A DNA stretch of 64,000 nucleotides from positions 2,294,001-2,358,000 of the forward strand of contig OZ218965.1 in assembly GCA_965112735.1 (NCBI GenBank). Direction: 5' to 3'. Positions 55,918-64,000 of this stretch are shown piece by piece (position 1 is the stretch's first letter; each line of letters begins with the position of its first letter). A model generated the notes under the pieces. It ran no database searches. It was not told where the DNA came from and saw only the letters and a list, made by a program, of their open reading frames with translations. Made by a program: the position numbers and the translations under genes. The DNA comes from Phaeosaccion multiseriatum (Eukaryota > Protista > Ochrophyta, other classes).

Positions 55918-56856
55918 TTAACCCCCCCCCCTGTCCTCCTTGTCCTCCTTGTCCAGCCTCGGCCTGTGGGAGGCGCTGAGCCGTTTCGGCCGGAGGGCGA
56001 AGTAGACCCACCCGTCGCCGCCCGACAAGCCCCACTCGGGCGGGGCGGGGGTGAGGCCATGGGCACGAGGGACATCCCCACTGCGCGCCCACGTGTTCAT
56101 GTAGGCTGACAAGGGTGGGGAGAGGAGGAGGAGGAGGAGGAGGAGGAGGAGGAGGAGGAGGAGGAGGAGGAGTAGGCGTGGTATGGCGTGAGTGGGTCGA
56201 AGGTGCTGCGCTGCCTCACAGCGTGGCTGGGGCCTACCTTTGAGGGCCCTTTTGCTGTCCACGGAGCGTTCCTCGAACTTGACCACGATCATGTCTGCTC
56301 GAGTCACCAACACGGAGAAGTCGCAGTCGTCCCTGCCGGGACACACATCGGACAGGGCCGGGGATAGAGGGCCGAAGGAGAGGGAGAAAGGAACAGTCAG
56401 AGCCAGCTGGAGTAGCCTCTGGTGGCCCTGCTGTGCTCGCCGACCCACACTCACCAGTCTGCCCCCAGCTTGGCGAAGATCTCCTTAACGATGTCTCTGA
56501 GCCTCCCCCGCCCCTTCTCGTGCAGCTTGGCCACGCCTGGGGGTCGGAAAGCCCCTGCCCCTGTGGTTCCGTCCCTCTTGCCCCGGCCTGGTACCCTCTT
56601 GGCCTCGTTCTTGATATACGGGTCCCCCACATTGTTGGTGGGGAAGTCGCTGACCTCGTCCCCCCAGATGAGCATGGGCTCGAACTTCTCTCTGCGAGAC
56701 GACACACTGGCCACAAAAGCACTCGGCGACACCCGCTTTGCCAGAGATTGCCTGATAGAGGGAGGAGAACAGGAGGGGAGGTAGTGAGGAGGTGGCCTGT
56801 TGCCTGTTTCTTCGCTCTATCTCTCTCTTACAATGCACGTGAAAAGAGAGGCAGAG

Positions 56857-56922
<66 letters not shown>

Positions 56923-57459
56923 ACACATACACACACATACACACACCTCCTCGCCTCCTTCCTGAGGTCCTCCGGAATGCTGTAAGGTGAGTGGAAGTAC
57001 TCAAACTCCTTGAACAGCCCGTGCGGCTTGATGGTGCGGTGCCCGGCATTCCCCGCCCCGGCAGGCGTGAAGGAGTCGCTGGGCGCGGCCATGAGGTTGT
57101 CGTGTGTGAGGCGAGTCACGCTGCGGCGGATGGCGTCCGGCTTGACGTGCCAGGGAAGGCCTGCCAGAGACGTGAAAGACGTCGGGCGAAAGGCCTCTCT
57201 GATGCGTTGGCCCTCGAGCTGGATTGGGAAGGAGCAAGGGATTGGAGGTGAGAACCATACTATCCATCGACAAGTGCCTCGCAAGCCTCCACACGCTCAC
57301 CTGGAGATCTCCCTTGAGCAAAGTCGTGACATTTGACTTGATGTAGCGAGGCACGTCTTCGCTCCCCTGCGGCTGCTGCTCCTTCTGCTGCTGCAGCTCC
57401 TGCTGCTGGACCTGCTGTGACCCTCCTGAGGCGGGGGCTCCCCAGCCACCGCTGGCCAT
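55918..57459 (-). CDS. Uncharacterised protein, ~5 exons; 3' end uncertain
   Basis: Consecutive ORF segments join at GT-AG sites with non-repetitive, protein-like sequence (PRYIKSN.., GLFKEFEYFHSPY, DW|PG, AYMN). No family recognised. Confidence 0.65.
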
Positions 57460-57617
57460 ACTCTTGCTTCTCCCGCCCTCTGCCTCTTAGAAGGTGGAAG
57501 GTGCGAAAAGAAATTGAAACGCTCACAAACGGAAACTGAAACTGGATGGGCTCTTGATAAGGCGGGAAGCGGATCATGATTATTACCACATAACCACGAT
57601 CACACGCTGCTCCAGAT

Positions 57618-60570
57618 ATGCTCCGTGCTTCTCCACTTCATGATGAGCGCGATGAGGAAAGGAGCTGGCGTAAGATGGAGCAAGTGCTGACGTCCATCTT
57701 TGTGCAAGTGGCCGAAAGGAAACTAGCCTGCCCCTTCCGCCACTTTCCGCACCCTCCTGCTGCTGGCGCGACTGGTGCGACTGGCGCTGCTGACAGGGCT
57801 GAGAGGGCTTGTGCCGCTGGCGACGAAGGGCAAGAGGAGTGTGTTTCTGCTGCTGCCGCCGCCGCATTCACTTCCTCGCTGACGAGTAGGGCTCCAGTTG
57901 TTGCTGGTGCTGCCGCGCGAGAGGAAGCTGTGTGGCATGGTGGGGGGTGGAAAGGGAAGTCCATGCGAGTGGTGTCGAAGAAACAAGCGCTAGATACTGC
58001 GACAGGAGCGGAGGCACTTGCGGCCTTGGGCCGCCTCACCTCCTTCGCGATCGGTAAGATGGACTGGCTGGAACGGGAGCCAAAGCGTGTCGTAGGTTCG
58101 CATGTCCAGCCACGGCAGGCAGGCGGGCAGCAGAATGATCGAGCAGACAGTGGCGATGGCTATCAAGACGTTGGCACTTTGCTTTCTTAACCCGTTTCCT
58201 TCTTGTTTCTCGTTGGTTTGCTCTAATGTGCTTCTTCCTCCTCGCAGTGCTGGAGTCAGCGTTCTCTCGGCTCGGCGGGGGAGGAGGCAAGCCCGGGTCC
58301 ACGACCTTCGTGAGCCAGCGGCAGGTCTACTACTCCCAGAAGAACCACTTCGAGAGCCAGACGAGGTGCAATCGTGCCATCCAACAGGCTGCGGGGTGGC
58401 TGGCAGAGCCGAGGCACCTGCTTGGCATCACGGCAACCAGCAGAGGTGAGGAGCGAGCGAGGAGCGAGTGGCAGGCACCCAGGCAGAGGGGGGCGAAAGG
58501 GCCGCGGCGTCCACGAAAGGCAGAGAGATAGACAGCGAGTGCCTCACAGCTACACACAGACTTTCGCGCGTGATACTATGATACTTCCTTTCACCTCGCC
58601 CTCGAACCCTCTCCTCACTGCCTCCGAGCTTCTCCCTCGCTCTGTTTCTACACGCCGCTTCCCCGATTCGCTACCTGATCCTCGGCGGCTCCTGCTCAGC
58701 CTCACTCTCGTTCCCGCTCCGCTGCCCCCTCCTACAGGCTTTTACGCAGGCAGGGTGCGCGTGAGGAGGCACGGCTCAGACGACGCGGACTGGCGGGACG
58801 GACGCATTGCCGCACTGCCCATAGAGGTGTGTGCGTGTGTGTGCGTGTTTGTGACTTTCTGCATGGGTGCGTGCATGCGTTCCTCGACTCGCGCCTGCCT
58901 CGACTCTGGTCCTACCATCGCCCACTCACCGCCAGGCCAGGCTAAAACGTTTGAATGGTGCCGCTCGGCCCGTACCCATAGGCCGCCCCCCTTCCCTTCC
59001 CTTCCCTTCCCTTCCCTTCCCTTCCCTTCCCTTCCCTTCCCTTCCCTTCCCTTCCCTTCCCTTCCCTTCCCGTCCCTTCCCGGCCGCTGCCCCCTCCAGA
59101 GCGACTTCATCCTGCACCGCATGGACGTGGTGAGCGATGCCAGGCTGCTGCTCGTGGTGGAGAAGGAGAGTGTGTTCAAGTACCTCTGCGAGGAGGGCTT
59201 CTTCGACACCATCCCCTGCATCCTCGTCACGGGGATGGGCTTCCCGTCCGTTGCGGTAGGCAGCCGTAGGCCCAAGCTAGGGGGGCTTGGCTTGGCTCTG
59301 CCCTCCCCCGCCTGACCGCCGGCCTACCGTTGCCTCGCCCCTCCCTCCCCCCCCCAGGCCCGCGCCCTTGTGCATGGGCTCAGCACCGCCCTCTCCCTCC
59401 CTGTGCTGGGCCTTGCGGACTGCAACCCCTCGGGTGCGAGCCTGCTCAACGTGTACAAGCATGGCGCGCGCTCCACACCAAGGGCAAGGCTCGTGTACGC
59501 CAAGAAGGTATGCGAAGGGATGGCGGCGAAAAGCAGCGGGTTAGCTCAGCGACGGCTGCCTGCCTCATCACACGTCGTGTGCCAGTTTGCTCTTCTGCCT
59601 CCTCCTCGCTTTGTCCTGCCGCCTTACCCACTGCCTCGCTTTGTTCAGTACGCCGTGCCTCACCTCAAGTGGCTGGGCCTCCGCCCCTCCCAGCTCCGAG
59701 CGTTGCACATCGGTGAGTCTTGTGCAGGAGGAGTCGCGCTTCTCTCCCCCCCCCTCATGTCCCAATCTCTGCGTGGCCCTGGCTCCCCTCCCCTCCCCTC
59801 CCCTCCCCTCCCCTCCCCTCCCCTCCCCTCCCCTCCCCTCCCCTCCCCTCCCTTCCCCTCCTCTCCTCTCCTCTCCTCTCCTTTCCCCTCCTCTCCCCTC
59901 CGCAGCCGATACGCACTTCCAGACGCTGAGCACGCGGGACATCGCCATCACGCGAGGCATGCTGTGCGCGGCCAGAGATGCCATGGACGCTCGCGCTGCG
60001 GCTGAGGAGAAAAGGCGTCAGCAATGGCTGCGGCGGGGGGAGGAGGAGAAGGAGGAGGGGGAGGAGAGCGGTGGCGACTACTACGGCGTAAGCGCTGCTG
60101 CGTCTTTCCGGGCGCCGGCGCCAGGAGAAACGCACAATGAGCAGGACGAATCGACGGCAATGGAGGAGGACCCGCCGGCAGTGGAGGCGCATCGGCTGCC
60201 ATCCCAGTGTCGGCACGTGCAAAGCCAGACGCCGCAGCAGGACCAGACGCCGCAGCAGGACCAGGGGCAGCGCCGACAAGGCCAGCTCGGCGAGGAGCAG
60301 ACGCAGGAGGCGGGCGGGGCGGAGTCCTCCGCTCCTGGTGCCGTGGCGGCGGCGGTGGGGAGGCTGAGGACAACCCCCATGGAGGAACAGGAGGGAAACC
60401 CCCTATGGCTCGACGAGCTAGAGTTCTTCGCAGAGGGAGAAGAGCGCGGCGCGTGGAGGGACATGGACGGGGCCGAGGTGGGCTGCAAGCTCGAGATTGA
60501 GGCCCTGCACGACGGAGGCCTCTTCCTGAGGTATCTGCAGCGGGCCATCCTCAGAGAAGATTTCATCTGA
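57618..60570 (+). CDS. SPO11: SPO11 / topoisomerase VI subunit A (SPO11-2-like), ~7 exons
   Basis: SQRQVYY (catalytic Tyr); RHLLGITATSR|G; LVVEKESVF (Toprim Glu); ILVTGMGFP; LADCNPSG; KWLGL; KLEIEAL. Start at 57618 or 57673. Confidence 0.92.
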
Positions 60571-61784
60571 CTGACGACGGATGATGTATACCGAGCCTCT
60601 CAGGGACTGGTCCGAGCGTGTGGGACACGCGGTACCCAACACTGCTCCTTGGCCTTGGCCTTGGGGCGCTAGAATCGCGAGCTGCCAGCGCACCATTGAA
60701 TAGAAGAGGGGAGGTGCGGTTTGCTCCATTGTTAACACGTACAGCGGCTTGCTTCATTGTGTGGCGGCCTGCCCGGCGCATGCCACAACTCTGCACCGTG
60801 CTCCTCATGCAGCACAAAATACAGGCTTTCCTCACTACTCCTGGAAACCCTAACCGGCAATTACTCTGCCCCAGGCCTGAGCTCTTCGCTCATCGGCTCA
60901 TGCGCCAGCCTTGGTAGGATTCGTCGCAAGCATGTCCTCCAGCAACAACCCACCCACCTGCTTCACCTCCCCACAAGCGTCACTGTTTCAACTCCCCAGA
61001 GGCGTCACACTAACCCTAAGAGCCATGTACGTTCACCCCCGGCCATCGCATAGACAGGCTCTTGGCCGTTACACTCGCCTACAAGAGACTTCTTAGCGCA
61101 CATGCAGCCTTGTCGTGCTCGCATCACACGGCCTTGTCGGGCGGCCCCTCCGTTCACGGTCCTCTTGAACCCCCCCTCTCCATCTCCGCTCTCTTCCATC
61201 TCTTTTTTTTTTGAACCAATGTACCCTTCCCAAAAGAGACAATCAAACGTTGTGCGCCTCGCTAAAGGGCACCATTCTACTGGGTCCCCCGAGCCTTCGT
61301 CTTTCCATGCGAACTTCTCCTCCGTCCACTGCAGAAGACTCAGCCCGTGCCTCGCATTTCTCGGCTGCAAAAAAGGGCTGCACAACCATAACCAAGCCGT
61401 CATGCTCCTCCAACTCCTTCTTCGCGTCACCAGTATAGACCATAATCCTCCTAGTCATCACATCCTGAGACAGCAGTCCCCCAACCTGGTTATTATTCGA
61501 TGGTGGGGAGAGACCCGAAAGAGAGCGATTGGAAAAAAAAGATGTGAGAGGGTTGGCTGTCCAATTGACGCCAGCTGTGAAACAATACGCAGGCCCAGCC
61601 CCGTTGCTTTGACTTTGTCTTCTTCACAAGAGGACTGCCTGTAGTCGCTACAGCTTGTGGTAGACACAGTCGCGAACTGTCACACCTGTGCTTCTACCTA
61701 GAAGGCGCCCCATAATTGATTCCCGAGCCGCCAATTGCTAAGACCTTCTCTCGGAGAACACGAAACACGAAGATACGCGGTTCC

Positions 61785-63541
61785 ATGGACAGTAGCGAGG
61801 ATGAAGACCCGAACAAGCCCAGCTGGGCCCGCGTGCCGACGGAAGGCTCGGCACTATCCTCTGGCAGATCCTTCAGGCGAGGGGGGGGGGGGGGAGCCGG
61901 CGGGGGTGGAGGCAACTATGCTTCGCTCAGCAGCAGGAGAGACGACGGCGATGACGAGGAGGTGAGGAGCGGCCTGTCCTGAGGGGGGCTCTGCTGCCGG
62001 TGGACTAACTGAGGCTGCTGATCCTCTGCAGAACTTGGATAAAAGTCGTCTTATGCGCGAATGTGTGCTCTATTTCCCGTGGGTGTTGTGTGCATGTTCT
62101 CTGGCGCAGGGAGAGTACCTAAGCGACAGCAGCGATGGGAGCGGTGTAGAGACTCGCCGTGGCGTCGTCCCGGTGAGTACAGGAGAGGACGAGGCAGGCA
62201 AAAGCGCTGGGGCTACTCGGAGCAGGAAAGGGGACTCTGCTGTTCAGGCAGGCAGGGGACATGAGACGGAACAGAATGATTCGATGTCTCTGCATTGGGA
62301 GGGCCCCCACCACGGCCCCCGACCTCGCCTGATACAACGCCTAAACGACCCCTCCACTTTCTCCCGCTACGCCTCTCCCCACCCCCCTCCAGAGGGGCCC
62401 CCTGCTGAACCTGTTTCTGACGGTGAGCGCGTGCACCGTGACGGTGGCTCTCGGCGTGGCTGTGGCGCAAGTGCTCATCGTCGTGTATCTGCGCAACGTC
62501 CTCAGTGGTGCGTGCGTGCGTGTGTACGTGCATCGAACAGATTACCTGTGGATGGCACTGGAGGGAGGGGGGATATCCGCTACTGCTGCTTCTGCTGCTG
62601 AAAATTGAATGCACCCCCCGCCCCTCCCCCTCTTTCACCTGCCCCTGCCTGCCCCTGGCTGATAGTGTTCTCCATGGCCCTGCGCGTGTACAACGTGCTC
62701 TTCTGCTTCATCATCATCTTCACGGAGCTGGGCTGGACCAAGCTGAGCAAGAACCTCGGGCTGCTCCAGAACTGGCTCATGCGCGGGATCGCGTACGCCT
62801 TGTGAGTGGCCCACTTTGGAAAGGAGGGGGGGTGGAGGGAGCTCCGAAGACGGACAAAGGACTTCAAAGGTGCATGCGTTTTCTGCCTTCGTGGAATCGA
62901 ATCTGCACCTCCTGGGCTAGAGGGGGTCTCTCTCACTCACTCACTCACTCACTCACTCACTCACTCACTCACTCACTCACTCACTCACTCACTCACTCCC
63001 TCACCCCCCTGTCGTGCCCTGCCCCCCCGCTGCCCTTCAGCGTGGCGCTCCTGACTCTCGAGGAGGCCAAGGAGAGAGACTTGCCCGAGGGGGCGGCGAC
63101 GCTCTACGTGGAGGCTATCGCATACGCCCTGCTGGGGGTAGGCGGGCTCTACGCCCTCATGGGGTGAGCAGCGCGGGGGGATGGCAGTGGATGGGGGGGG
63201 GGGGGGGGGGGTCAGTGAGCAAGTGATTGGGGGGGTGAGGGCGCTTAGTATCTCGCTGGTGCTATGAATAGTCTTTCCCCAGGCACTCTGCTGCGATCTA
63301 AGACTCTGTGGGGTGGTCTCGCTTTCCTCTCTCTGTGTCTGTCTGTCTCTCTCTCCCCGTGCGTGTGCCTGTTACGTTCCTGTTACGTACCTCCCTCCCG
63401 TATGCCCCCAGGCTGTGCTGCCTGCACGCCCTTCGCGAGCGTGAGGAGGAGAGCTACATGAAGCTGGTGGAGCATCAAAGGAGGGTCCAGGCCCTCGAGG
63501 CCCACGACGACACAGGAGACGACGACAGCACGTTCCAATGA
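61785..63541 (+). CDS. COPI-associated (TVP15-like) Golgi membrane protein, multi-exon
   Basis: LRVYNVLFCFIIIFTEL..LLQNWLMRGIAYAF|V..GVGGLYALMG|LCC; about four TM segments. Confidence 0.7.
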
Positions 63542-63662
63542 GGCAGGTCCTTCAAGGAGATGACGCCAGCACCTCCCCAGCGGGGAAGGAGGGATGTAGG
63601 GTTTCCGCTTCCACAAGGCGCGACAGTTTGAAGGGAGGCCCCTCGCCTCACACGCCGGCGGG

Positions 63663-63717
63663 GCTTAGGGTTAGCTCCATTAGGGTTAGGCTTAGGCTTA
63701 GGCTTAGGGTTAGCTCC
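63663..63717 (+). repeat. Short interstitial telomere-like array (TTAGGG/TTAGGC)
   Basis: ttagggttagctccattagggttaggcttaggcttaggcttagggttagctcc. Confidence 0.7.
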
Positions 63718-64000
63718 CGGCCGGGAGGGGCGTGTGTGCCTGGTGTTGCGGAGGGACACAGAGCTTGAAGGCTGCCCACCTGGGTAAGCGGAGGCTCTGC
63801 TGTCCCCCTGGGTTAAGTCAAGGCCTGGCCCGGTTGAACACGCCCATGCCCATATGCCCGGCGTGTGGCGTGTGGCAGCCGCTATGGCACTACAAGCCCT
63901 CCGGGGCGCTTCGTTCGCAGAGAGAAGCGAGGAGCTGGCGCGCCTCGTCGCCAAGCACCGCGAGCCCCGAGGGTGCCCTCTCGCAGGCCCCTCCAGGGTC

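Noticed and set aside
60600-61461. Possible small minus-strand gene (MTRRIMVYTGDAKKELEEHDG...)
   Set aside because: No convincing downstream exons or family motif could be assembled; left unannotated.

Overview
Gene-dense, GC-rich, intron-rich eukaryotic nuclear DNA, most likely from a photosynthetic stramenopile (ochrophyte); this is inferred from signal peptide + 'A-F' plastid leaders. About 19 spliced protein-coding genes were reconstructed by hand: a GT34-like glycosyltransferase (partial), an NPP1/Vps62-like protein, a TBC1D5-like Rab-GAP, a DUF3293-like protein, inositol monophosphatase, a phosphate-carrier-type SLC25 protein with a long leader, an HMG-box+PHD protein, a degenerate RING-CH protein, ABHD13/BEM46, two plastid-targeted membrane proteins, the NVL/Rix7 AAA ATPase, a UBE2W-like E2, a 13-kb ADCY10/sAC-like cyclase, NEMP, membralin, an unknown protein, SPO11 and a COPI-associated membrane protein. 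Introns are packed with micro- and minisatellites, and two copies of a small TIR element (MITE-like) are present. The most interesting observations are four. (1) Three normally cytosolic or mitochondrial protein types (RING E3, E2, SLC25 carrier) carry signal-peptide-like leaders with RGG motifs, one a perfect ubiquitin C-terminus LRLRGG. (2) The RING has lost ligands only from one of its two zinc sites. (3) The sAC-like cyclase lacks the adenine-specifying residues. (4) An NLP-like protein lacks its heptapeptide motif. No prokaryotic features, CRISPR arrays, rRNA or tRNA were recognised. All family calls come from motif recognition, not database searches, and exon boundaries are manual.
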